Shown here piece by piece: positions 1 to 11,550 of a stretch of DNA of 64,000 nt (positions within the stretch are counted from its first letter, which is position 1; every line of letters starts with the position of its first letter). The notes under the pieces were generated by a model. It saw only the letters and a list, made by a program, of their open reading frames with translations, was not told the origin of the DNA and searched no databases. Made by a program: the position numbers and the translations under genes. Source of the DNA: Eledone cirrhosa (Eukaryota); assembly GCA_964016885.1 (NCBI GenBank), contig OZ024752.1, forward strand, positions 29,202,001 through 29,266,000. Direction: 5' to 3'.

Positions 1-829
1 TAGAATGCTGTTGAAGTGTGTATATATTTTTGGGGGACATCCTGTATATACACACATTATATATAATACAATAAACAGATAAATACACACATATATATAT
101 GAGCTTATTTAATTATAAATATTGTGAATTTTTAACTCAGTTCAATTATATATATAAATGGTTTCTACAGGACTAGAACTGTTTCATTCGAAAGAAATCA
201 TCATAATATTGAGAGGGGGGGACTAGATAAAATATTTCAAATCAAATGTGTATAAGTTATAAGTTAAAATGTATAAATAGAGACGATAGTGGAGGTATAT
301 CTGTTTAGTGGAACAGTAGACGATAGAATTAAATACAGACGATAATCTCCCTTTAATGAAACAGCAGACGATAGAATTAAGGCAATTTAAATTTTAAGCA
401 TTTGCATTTTTGCCTTTCATCGTTACGGGGTCGATAAAATAAAGTACCAGTAATACACTGTCACTAGACGACTTTCAAATTGAATTGTTGGTTCCATTTC
501 TTTAGTATTTTCAATTGTAGTTATCTACTTAAAAAGCGTTACACGGTTAGAGACATAATTCGTAAGTTATATCTTCCCTATTAAACCATTGCATTATTTC
601 GCCTACAATAGAACAAAAATGAAATGTTCTTTAAAGAAACAGGAATATAACTTTATAAAAAAAAAAGTTGCATCCGCTTCTTTTATCATTGATAATTTTT
701 TCGTTTTAATATTAATTGTTTTTTGTAGTTGTTTATATTAAAAATCTTACTGTAATATTTACTTAAACGAAGGCAAACATCTAAACTTATAGATTAATCT
801 TGAGCGAAGGACTAGATAAATCTCTCTCC

Positions 830-866
<37 letters not shown>

Positions 867-1983
867 AACGAAGAATGATAAAATTTCAAGCAAAGAGTTT
901 AATTAGGTATATTTTGTAATATTATTAACTAATTATTATAATTAACGCGCATATTTTGCTATCCTCAAACACGTTTACACATGGCATGAAATATAACTAA
1001 TCCGAGATGGCTAGGTTTCATCTTCTAACTGGATATACGAAATCCATTATGTCTTGACAACAACATGAGGTAACATTATGTTATTCACAGACACACTTTG
1101 TACACTGTTCCATATCAGAATGTATTTCCTTCGTCACATTCACAAACAGTATTGAAAATATGTTCTTCGGCAAATAAAAATGTTTTGTTCATAATATTTC
1201 AACTAGCGATTGCTCTACTCCACGCACGACCACCATAAATTAATGACCAGCTCAACACAAGTATTGGTAGAGCGTCAGACACCATGCTTTGCAGTATTGT
1301 TATGGTCCTTTGCATTCTAAGTTCAAATCCTGCCGAGGTTAACTTCGACTTTCATACTTACTAATTCGATAAAATAAAGTACCAGTAATGGACTGCCGTA
1401 ATGGATTTGTGCCGAAAAATAGAAACACTATTAATGTGCAATAAGAGCAAAATATAACGACATTGCTCAATTATTTTATCTAATGTTGTAATAACACAAG
1501 GAAATGTTGTTTGTGTATTTTTTTTTATATTTGCTCATAGGCTTTTACAATTTCGCTCAGCCAACAACTATTAAAAAGTGAGTTGCTTAAGATAACAATT
1601 TAATCACAAATTGTTGCTATCTTTTAATACACTCCAACAAGTCATCAAATTATGTACAATAAAAACAAATCTTATTAATTTGCTCAGGGAATATAAAGAA
1701 AATGTATATACACTGATAATTGCAATTGTATGTAAATATTTTGTTTTTGTATTGTATATTTTATGTTTTCTATTATGTATAATATATTGATTTAATATTG
1801 ATTGTTTTTTGTAGTTGTTTATATTAAAAGTCTGAAAATATTTTTATACATCTTACACTAATATTTATAAGATAATTTATAATAACAATTACATAATCTA
1901 ATTACATTACAACGATAATTTATTATTAATATATATCCTGTTTAACTAGAGTTATTACAAGCGTTGCCTTAAAAAAATATTAA

Positions 1984-2939
1984 ACTAGACATGAAAAATG
2001 CGCAAGCTCAAAAGTGCCACAGAATGTTATAATAAACCTTCAAAAGTGTGGGACTAGAGTTGTTGCTAAAAAATATTGTAATCATTATATATCGTACATT
2101 CTGTGGCATCCTTTATAAAAATAGCTTAAACCAACGAAGCCTTTATTTTTACGCTATTTCACTTAGTTAATTCTTAGAGTGTAACATATAAAAATAAATA
2201 CATCTATGTTTAATGTAATAACAGCTATAAATAATTACGTAATATTATTATCATATACTCATAGTAACAAAATAATTGTGTTGAAACTTAATATGATGCT
2301 TATATGAACGATCAAATCTATAATGATAATTTCTTAAATATACTAATAGTAAAATAATTTAGTTATCTATTGTTACATTTTCATAGAACTATAATATTAA
2401 CAATCGTATTGCATTATCAAATTTTTATCACTACAAACTTTCATATTGGAATTACCTTAAGCCACTTATTATTACTTCGCTTTCGTACTTTTACAGCTGT
2501 AGATATTGCGCTGTATCTTATATCTAATATCAATATCTCGTGGTAATTTGCATGAAGTGTAAAATAGGTTTATTAATAACTTTAATATGAAATGTATTAT
2601 ACAGGGCTGCGGAGTCGGCCAAAAATTGACTGGCTCCAACTCAGGATCCGATACTCCATTATTTCCTAAATTTCAGCTCCGCAGTTCTGTTATTATATTA
2701 ATTAATTTATTTTATAGTTGTAAATGATATTTTTATATGTTACACTCTAAGAATTAACTAAGTGAAATAGCGTAAAAATAAAGGCTTCGTTGGTTTAAGC
2801 TATTTTTATAAAGGATGCCACAGAATGTACGATATATAATGATTACAATATTTTTTAGCAACAACTCTAGTCCCACACTTTTGAAGGTTTATTATAACAT
2901 TCTGTGGCACTTTTGAGCTTGCGCATTTTTCATGTCTAG

Positions 2940-2940
<1 letters not shown>
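1984..2940. mobile_element. Foldback/MITE-like element with 213-bp terminal inverted repeats
   Basis: 1984-2196 is the reverse complement of 2728-2940 (ACTAGACATG...CATGTCTAGT), with a ~530-bp AT-rich non-coding spacer; no clear TSD. Confidence 0.75.
2602..2689. mobile_element. Small hAT-type MITE nested in the foldback element
   Basis: TIRs CAGGGCTGCGGAG / CTCCGCAGTTCTG (11/13 match); flanks GTATTATA / TTATTATA resemble an 8-bp TSD. Confidence 0.55.
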
Positions 2941-2974
<34 letters not shown>

Positions 2975-3277
2975 GTATATTATATATATGTATAAAATAT
3001 AATATGTTGAAAAGGTAACACACTAGAGAGAGATGTAGTGCGTTATGAATAAAACGGAAAAACCACCACTGGTGGTTTTTCCCTGTTTTATTAATAACAT
3101 TGTATTTTAAAGAGCTCAGGATTCCTTCTTCTTTGAGCACAATATTAACAGGGAATAGCGAGAGTCTATGGCTCCATTAATTTATCGTGATATATGTATA
3201 TATATATGTATATTTATTAAAATAACAGATTAAAGTTTAAGCAAAGAATCGCTGCGTCTTCAAATTTATTATTATTA

Positions 3278-3502
3278 CTATATATGTATATATATATATG
3301 TGTGTATATATATATGTGTGTATATATATGCGTGAATGTATATATATATATATATGTGTATCTATGTATATGTGTGTGTATGTATATATATATAAATATA
3401 TGTGTATGTATGTATATGTGTATGTATGTATATATATATAAATATGTCTATGTATGTATATGTGTATGTATATATATATGTGTATGTATATATATGTGTA
3501 TG
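3278..3502. repeat. Degenerate (TA)n/(TG)n microsatellite
   Basis: Alternating TA/TG/TATG runs; similar tracts at 39750-40025, 55612-55882, 62480-62614 and 63345-63672. Confidence 0.9.
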
Positions 3503-4164
3503 TCAGGTCACCAGTTGGTGCTACTGGTAACATGTATCCCAGTACAACCTGTCTCATGGTCAGGTCGTTGGCGACTAATCTGGCAACCCCACCAAGGTTT
3601 CTTGGTGAGGAGGGTGACTTTGGACATCCTGCAGGACTAAAAACAAAACCTGTCAAAGGGCAAAGGAGCTCTTGAGAGTCAATGGCCATCCAAAATCACC
3701 GGGAGAGATGACCCCTTAGCCTTTGTCAAGGCAGAATTCTAGGAGAAGGAAAACTCTGATATAACACCTGCAACCCTGATGGTATCCAATGATGTTGACT
3801 TGTTCTTCTTTTTGGTAAATATCATCTTGGTTAAGAGAGTGGGACTGGCTTTGTGCAGTGCCTTTGCTCACTATAAAAGCTTCACAGCACAGGCATTGCT
3901 TTATATCTGGAGATCTCTCTGCACTTGTTGTCACATGGTACCATGGGCCCAGCACTATGTGTCAATAATTGTCACAGGTGTAGTGTTTGTACCAGAGTTT
4001 TCAAGTTGCTGGCTGGACTAAAAAGTCACACTTGTTCAGCGCATCGGTAGGGGTTCTCCTACATGGATATAAAGTAGTGGCCGTACTCGAAAACGAGTTG
4101 GCAGCCACCACCATGTATATATATGTATGCATGTATATGTGTATGTATGTATATATGTGTATGT

Positions 4165-7100
4165 ATCATCATCATCATCATCATCGGGTTTAGCGTCCGT
4201 GTTCCACGCTTGCATGGGTTTTCGACGGGGGTTTTCCCACTTGAGGCAAGAGTGGTTGTCTTGCTCGCATAGGACTGTCTGGCGGGTTTTCTACAGTTGG
4301 ATGCCCTTCCTAACACCAACCACATTTACAGTGTGGGGCTGGGAGGTTTTTACCGTGTTGCCTACACGGCCACATTACAGCGTGGACTGTCTGGCGGGTT
4401 TTCTACAGCTGGATGCCCTTCCTAACACCAACCACATTTACAGTGTGGGGCTGGGAGGTTTTTACCGTGTTGCCTACACGGCCACATTTACAGCGTGGAC
4501 TGTGTGTTTTTTTGTCGTGACACCTACACGATCTCATTTGTTTCGGCCTGGATGTTGTGGGACCAACATAACTTTACATTGAAAGGGGCGGTGTGGATGG
4601 GGTGGAGGTGGTGGGACGGGGGTGTGTTTTGATAGAGATGACTACTGACTGTAGTAGGTTTTTACTTTGTATTTAGGTAAGGCGGGTCTTCTCTATTACT
4701 GAGTACCGCCAAAGGTTTCGGTCCAGTGACATTGTCTTGGAGAGGTGTAAGCGTGTGAGGTCGGAATTTATCATGTCGTCCCAGGTTTTTCTGGGTCTGC
4801 CTACTCCGTGGCTACCGTCTATCTTTATTGCCCTGCACTTTGTTATACAGCTGTCGTCTTTCATGCGTATCACGTGACCGTACCAACGTAGCCTTCTCTC
4901 GAGTAAACAACATCTGATCCCTCTTATTTCTAATTTTTTCCTTAGTTCGTTTATGCTTTGCCGTTCACGTATATTACTATTGCACATCCAACGTAGCATG
5001 CAAGCTTCGTTCCTCTCTAGTCTGCGTATATCCTCTGCACACAATGCCCAGGTCTCACTGCCATGCAGCATTGCTGTTCGTATGCAGGCATCGTATAACC
5101 TGCCTTTCGTTTTTAGGGAGAACCCTCTAGCGGCTAATAGTGGTATAAGCTCTCTGAACTTTTTCATCCAGTTCTGACTCTAGCTACTGTACTTTCAGAG
5201 CACCCTCCCCCACTGCTGATTTTGTCACCCAGGTAACGGAAGCTGTCCACTATTTCTATAGAACCCTCTGCGCAGTTGAAGGAGCTAGTATTTTGTGGGC
5301 ACTTGCTGCTACTTATTGCACCAGAGCACCGGCCACATGTAAAATCTATGTTCTTAGTTAGCTTACCTGTGATCCCACTACATCTTTTATGCACCCATAC
5401 TTTGCATTTGGGACATAAAATGGAGTTTCTACCTACGCCTTTCCTACACACTGAGCATGGCCATTTCCCAGAAGGGACCGCCGCCTTATTTTCTTTCCTA
5501 CAAACTAGAACTTTAGTCTTAGCCAGGTTAATTTTAAGGCCTTTTGATTCTAGGCCGTGCTTCCATGTTTGGAATTTCTTCTCTAGTTCGGTCATTGATT
5601 CAGCTATGAGCGTTAGATCATCTGCGTATAGGAGTTCCCATGGGCAGCCGGTCTTGAACTCCTCTGTTATAGCCTGAAGGGCTAAGAACAGAGCCCTGAT
5701 GGACACCAACTTTTACGCTAAACTCTTCACTATATTCGTTGTTAATTCTAACCTTACTGACTGTTTCTTTATACATGGCTTGTATAGCTCTCACAAGCCA
5801 TTCGTCAACACCTAGTTTTCTAAGAGACCACCAGATAATGGAACGGGGGACTCTGTCGAAGGCTTTCTTCAAGTCGACGAAAGCTAAGTATAGGGGTTTA
5901 CTTTTAGCTAGGTACTTCTCCTGTAGTTGTCGTACGATGAAAAGAGCGTCTATGGTACTTTTGCCTGACACAAACCCGAACTGCATTTCATCTAGATCAA
6001 TTCTCTCTCTGATTAGTTGCGCTATTACTTTTTCCGTGACCTTCATGACCTGGTCGATTAATTTAATGCCTCTATAGTTACTCCTATCTAGGGCATCTCC
6101 TTTTCCCTTATAGCAGTTAACGATGATGCTGCTACGCCAGTCCTTCGGAACAACCCCATTCTGTACGACTTGGTTAACTATCCGGGTGACTATGGTGTGT
6201 CCCACCGAACCAGATGCCTTCAGCATCTCAGCAACTATTTCCGAAGGACCAGCCGCCTTACCCGTCTTCATATCTTTGATTGCCTTGCTTATTGTACTAC
6301 CCTGGACTAACACTGCTGGTCCCTCTATTGGGTCGATGTGGGGGAGACTGTCTTTCTCCCATTTATTCTCCTCATTTAGAAGCCTTTCGTAGTGACACTT
6401 CCAAGCTACCTTCTTATCAGTGTCGGTGATGGCAAGTATGCCATCATCGTTAAGTACACACTTCTCCCCGATAATATCACGGTTTTCCTTGACACATTGC
6501 CTGGCAATCCTGAACACCTCACGTTTTTGGTCCTCACGTTGTAGAACATGCTTGAACTTTCTTTCCTCTGCTTCCCTTCTTGCGAAGTACACTTGTCTCC
6601 TAGCTTCCCTCCTGGCCACTTGATAGTCTTCTCTACTTCCCCCATCCCGCCATACTTTCCAAGCCTGCTTTTTGGCCTTAATTGACTCCTCCACCTTACT
6701 GTTCCACCACCATGTTACTCTCCTCCCACCTACAGGCCTGCTCCAGCCACAGACTTCGTCTGCCGCCGTCAGCAGGTTTGCTCTCAGGAATTCCCACTGT
6801 TCCTCTATATTATATGACTCTAATTGCTCTTCCTTACTGTCGAAAGCGTCAAGTAATATGCTTTGAAATTTATTTCTGGCTATGGTAAGGATATAATCTA
6901 CCTGGCTTGTGTGTTCCCCCGATCTATAGGTTATCAAGTGATTGTCTCGTTTTTTGAAGTTAGTGTTACAGATAGTTAAGTTATTTGCGTCGCAGAATTC
7001 CAGGATTCTGGAGCCTTCCTCATTTCTAGTACCGAACCCATAGCCTCCATGGATTCCGTCATAGCCGTCACAATGTTGTCCAACGTGACCATTTAGGTCG

Positions 7101-8424
7101 CCTGCAATAATTATATAGTCACTGTCGGTTATTTGGGAGGTAGCGAGCATCAGTGTCTCGTAGAATCTGTCTTTTATAGCGCCGGGCAGTCCGGATTGGG
7201 GTGCGTACGCAGATATTACTGTCACCGTAGTTTTATTGAGGACAAGTCTTATTTTAATTATTCTGTCGTTCACTCTATTTACGTCTATTATCTTATCTGC
7301 CCACTTTTCTGCTACCATGATTCCTACCCCACCCAACCCATTGTCATTTCCCACCCAGAAAAGCTTATAGCATCGTTCTTTAACCACGATGAATCTAGCA
7401 GACCCTCTCCTCCACCTGGTCTCTTGAATACAACAAACATCGACCTCCTTACGTTCAAGCATTTCTACAACCTCGTTAGAGCGACCCTTTAAGGTGCCTA
7501 CATTCATGGTACCAACTCTGAAGTTTTGGATTGCGTTTGGAGGGTGGGAGCGGTGGGGCGCGGGGGGGGGGGGGATGGGGTTATGTTAGCCATCCTGGGC
7601 CGAAACAAGGAGGAGTGCTTGCATTCTCGTCCACGAGGTGAATTTGTCTTTATCTTTGGCATTGTCGCTGAGCGTCCACATTTTTCTCTCTTCAACTCTC
7701 CAGAATTCCGTAGTTCATCCATCATATCGCAAAGCAACCAGTTAAGCGATAGTATGGGCCTCTGACTTATGATTGGTCCACGTAATAATGGTGGTGCGTG
7801 GGGGCGGGTGGGAGGGATGATGGGTTGTTAGCGAGAATGTAAGGTTTAAGATAAGATCGCCGTATTTTGGGCATAATTTAACAATAAACGAAAATACAAG
7901 ATTTGTTTTGTTTCAGAAAATACGATAGAGAAAATGCGGTGATAGGGAAAATATGATTTTTAGAGAAAAAATATGATATAGAATGGTGAAAATATGATAT
8001 AGTGTGAAATTAGGACATAGAATAGTGATTGAATGAATGGATTCGAATGGAGAGAAGAATCGAGAAAAATATTTGAACGTTACTTTATACCGAAGGAACA
8101 GCCATCCCAGAAATAGCGAGTTGGCGATTTTGATTAATTTTGGTAGGGTTTATCTTATATGTATAGAGAGGGAGGGGGGGGGCAGGAACCAGCATGATGT
8201 ATGGGTAGGGGGTAGAAGATGGGATGGAGCATAGAGGTTAAGAGTTTAAATAGGCACTCGAAGTTTTGCGTAAAACTTAGCAAGTTTAACAAAATATATT
8301 TAAAGGAATATATGAGAGTGATTTGTTTTGTTATGAAAATACCACAGAATATGAAAATATGACAGAATTAAGCGAGAATGTAAGGTTTAAGATAAGACCG
8401 TATTTTGGGCATAATTTAACAATA
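4165..8424 (-). mobile_element. Near full-length RTE-clade LINE (decayed)
   Basis: APE + RT coding region at 4673-7507, 3' UTR ending in a (GAT)n tail at 4165, 5' region to ~8424 (5' limit approximate); flanked by TA/TG microsatellite. Confidence 0.85.
4673..7507 (-). pseudogene. RTE LINE ORF: APE endonuclease + reverse transcriptase + PHD finger, frameshifted
   Basis: Motifs MNVGTL, CIQET, AYAPQ, GDLNGHVG (APE); NYRGIKL, QFGF, FVDLKKAFD, HQGSVLSP, LLYADD (RT); C4HC3 finger; RRLRWYGHV. Split over ORFs 5618-7507, 5164-5709 and 4673-5167. Confidence 0.9.
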
Positions 8425-8477
8425 TGTATATATATGTATATGTGTATGTGTGTGTATATATATATGTGTGTATATAT

Positions 8478-10196
8478 ATAATAATAATGAAATTATTGTG
8501 TACAGTGCTCAGGTGCACTACAACTCATCAAAGGTGCAGTATAGTACATAGAATAACATACAAATGTCAGGGAGGTGAATAGTGTACGAGTTATGATATA
8601 CATGTGTGCGTGTGTATCATCATCATCATCATTTTACGTCCGCTTTTCCCTGCTTGCAAGGGTAGGACGGGAACTGATTCTGGCTTGATTTCTACAGCTG
8701 GATGCCCTCCCTAACACCAACCTCATTTACAGTGAGTGCTGCTCCACGACCACTTTTGCAGTGAAATAATATGGTCCCTATCATCTCATTTCTACAGCTG
8801 AGTAAACTGGAGCAATGTGAAATAAAGTGTCTTGCTCAAGGAAACAACACATCACCCGGTCTGAGAATTGAACTCACAACCTTTCGATTGCAAGGCCAAT
8901 GCTCTCACCACTAAGCCATGTGCCTCCATGGAGGGGGAATATAGTTGGCAAATCTCAGGAAGCATGGAGGTTTTAAAGGATGCCGTGTCTCGACAGCTAA
9001 TAACTGATGCAGGTAGTTTGTTCCATGCTTCAGCAACTCTGAGCGTTAAAAAATCTTTCCGAAAGTCATGGGGGATGTGCAGTTTTCTGACTTTGTTGGC
9101 ATGCCCACGTGTGTTAGACACATGGAACTCAAAAAGGTACTCAGGGTTGTTGTTGTCAAGATGGTTAATAATTTTGTGTGTATTTACCAAGTCAGTTGCC
9201 AGACGTCGGAGCTTCAATGTATCCATGCCCAGGGAAGCAAGGTGTTTAGAGTATGGTAGATGCCTGATGGAGGGTATTCGCTTGGTTGCACGTCTCTGAA
9301 CAGTTTCCAGGTGGTCAATGTTCTGAGCAAGATAGGGGTTCCTGACTGGTGATGCAAATTCTAAGTGTGGCAGCACCATAGCTATATACAGCTTTAAATA
9401 GATAGCTGGAGAGCGGCTGACAAAGGTCTTGCTGAGTGATGCTAAGACACCCTCGGCCTTCTTGATAATTTTAGAGACATGCTTCATCCAACGCAAATCG
9501 CTGTTGACAGTAATGCCCAGGTCACGTTCACAAGAGGACTTCTTGATATCAGTGTTGTGGAGGGAGTATGTGGACGCTGGATTTTTCCTCCCAAAATGCA
9601 TGGTGGTACACTTGTCCACAACCAGCTTCAGTTGCCAGTCTGTGATCCATTGCTGCATTGTGTCCATGTCTGATTGTAGGAAAGAGTTGTAGATTTCAGG
9701 ATCAGTCCTTTTGATTTCAAGGTACAGCTTGATATCATCTGCATATTTCAGTACCGTGGCATTCTGTAAGTTGGCATCTATGTCATTAATATATGCCACA
9801 AACAAAAGGGGACCAAGAACAGATCCCTGTGGTACACCAGATGACATCTCATATGGTGAAGAATGCTGTCCTAGAACCGTGACTACCTCTTTTCTGCTGA
9901 GCATGAAGGATTTCAACCAGTTAAAAAGATCATCCCTCACACCCATTGCAGAGAGTTTTGCCATAAGTCTTTTGTGTGGCACAGAATTGAAAGCTTTAGC
10001 AAAGTCATGATAAACAACATCCACCCATGAGCTGCCATCAGTGATCCGAGTGATGTCTTCAAGAAACTCGATAAGTTGATCACAGCAGCTGGATTTAGGG
10101 ATAAATCCAAATTGCGAGGGCCGGATAAGATAAGTCTGTGAGAGTTCCAGAAGTTCCAAAGTGTTTCTGTGACACAGGATCCCATCAGTTTGGCAA
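8478..10196 (-). mobile_element. 5'-truncated CR1-clade LINE (RT and 3' UTR), interrupted by a SINE
   Basis: RT motifs QFGF, DFAKAFNSVPH, GVPQGSVLGPLLF, YADD, ERDLGI; close similarity to 23140-24552; (ATT)n tail at 8478. Confidence 0.9.
8616..8927 (-). mobile_element. tRNA-derived SINE with RTE-type 3' tail, inserted in the CR1 3' end
   Basis: Minus-strand head GGAGGCACATGGCTTAGTGG...GAGTTCAATTC (pol III A/B boxes); tail CCCTTGCAAGCAGGGAAAAGCGGACGTAAAA(TGA)n; CR1 sequence resumes on both sides. Same head at 49282-49480 and 36972-37240 (+). Confidence 0.75.
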
Positions 10197-10559
10197 TATA
10201 TGTGTGTGTGTGTGTGTGTATATATATATGCGAGACAAACTACAACAGAAACACAAACCCTCCATCTCAATTTTACATAAGAACTGTGAAACTGGTAAAG
10301 TAAATAAATAGATATTCTTAAAAGACTCCAGTTGCATTTTCAATTGCTTTTCCTTATATATATATATAAGACAATGTCACTGGACTGAGATCTTTGGCGC
10401 TACGCAGTAATAGAGAAGACCCGCCTTGCAAAGCGAAACCTACAGCCAGTAGGCACCTCTTAACCATAAATACACCCCCATCCCACTACCCCTACCCCCA
10501 CCCATATCTACACCACCCCTTTCTCTGTAAAGTTATGTTGGTACCACAAAATCCAGTCC

Positions 10560-10768
10560 TAAATAAATGAGGTTGTGTAGGTGTCACGACAAAACACAGT
10601 CCACACTGTAAACGTGGTTGGTGTTAGGAAGGGCATCCAGCCATAGAAAACCTGCCAGACAGTCCTAAATGAGCGAGACACGGTCACCCGACCAATCTTG
10701 CCTCAAGTGGGACAATTCCCGTCTAAACCCATGCTAGCGTGGAAGATAGACGTTAAACGATGAATATG

Positions 10769-10770
<2 letters not shown>
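10560..10770 (+). mobile_element. RTE-tail/SINE-core dispersed repeat
   Basis: GGTTGGTGTTAGGAAGGGCATCCAGC...AACCCATGCTAGCGTGGAAGATAGACGTTAAACGATGA. Further copies near 18565-18770, 28157-28370(-), 28870-29106, 36600-36788, 38930-39400(-), 51380-51548, 54350-54925(-), 55354-55595(-). Confidence 0.75.
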
Positions 10771-10804
<34 letters not shown>

Positions 10805-11011
10805 ATATATATTATATATATATTGTATATTTGTTCCTCTGTTTTGGGAGCTGGTCTACATGTGCGTGTGACTTATTTAATAGTAATTTTTTCCCAAATA
10901 TCTATCGATCCATCCATTAGAGGATAAAATGAGAGATAGAAGAAGAAAACACATGATATTGAGTGCTTCAATGAGAGGAAAGGAGGGAAAGGGCTAGGAT
11001 TGTTAAATAAT

Positions 11012-11180
11012 TGTTTCTACTTTAGGCACAAGGCCAGCAATTACTCAGTGCATTACTGGTACTTTATTTTATCGACCCCGGCAAAGTCAACCTTGGCGGG
11101 ATTTGAACTCAGATTGTAAAGGGACGTAACTATGCTGGAATGCATGGCGTCCGACCCTCTACCGATACTGCCAATCCACC
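11012..11180 (-). mobile_element. tRNA-derived SINE (family 1) with 19-bp TSD
   Basis: Head GGTGGATTGGCAGTATCGG...GAGTTCAAATCCCGCC; TSD GCTAGGATTGTTAAATAAT at 10993-11011 and 11181-11199. Confidence 0.85.
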
Positions 11181-11387
11181 GCTAGGATTGTTAAATAATG
11201 AAAGAAAGGGGGAGAGGTTGACAGACTCTGTACCTAAGTCAACGTGGTGTTTCGGTTAGTTAATGAGAACAAAAAGAAGAAAATTCACTTTTATACCTGA
11301 TAGTATTACCATCAATTCATCAATTATATCCAAATTGATATCATTAACTGTCACATATTTCTTTCACATTTTATATATTATCTACAG

Positions 11388-11550
11388 AAGTTTGAAAGAT
11401 TTAAGTCCTACAACAAATATTAATTTAGATGGAGAAGAAATAACCTGTAATGTTGATGATTTGAAACAATTATCTATTCTTGGTCATGGAAGCTTTGGAA
11501 TTGTCTATGAGATGCAACATGAACCAAGTAAAAAAATTATGGCTGTTAAG
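11388..11550 (+). CDS. MAP2K6: MKK3/6-like dual-specificity MAP kinase kinase, first identified exon (subdomains I-II); 5' exon unresolved
   Basis: tctacAG|..SLKDLSPTT...LGHGSFGIVYEMQHEPSKKIMAVK|GTatgt; P-loop and VAVK-type lysine. Confidence 0.85.

Noticed and set aside
160-235. Hammerhead-like motif on the - strand (aUGAUGA...GAAAC...GUC)
   Set aside because: Core C3 is missing, stem II is weak and stem I cannot be paired; at most a decayed remnant
3237-3689. Y/I/H/T/C/V-rich ORFs here and at 39649-40035, 55570-55958, 56510-58406 and 62444-63795
   Set aside because: Translations of TA/TG microsatellites; stop-poor by composition, with no protein features
3503-3770. Possible HDV-like ribozyme / RTE 5' leader (GTCGTTGGCGACTAA, CTAGGAGAAGGAAAACTC)
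   Set aside because: I could not build P1, P1.1 and P2 convincingly by hand; it needs a descriptor search
8852-10270. 472-aa ORF as an intact gene
   Set aside because: It is a 5'-truncated CR1 RT whose N-terminus is read from microsatellite and whose C-terminus is read from an inserted SINE
11100-11180. tRNA gene at SINE heads (also 8850-8927, 19084-19170, 49282-49350)
   Set aside because: A/B boxes are present, but there is no complete cloverleaf, and the heads run into repeat bodies with TSDs
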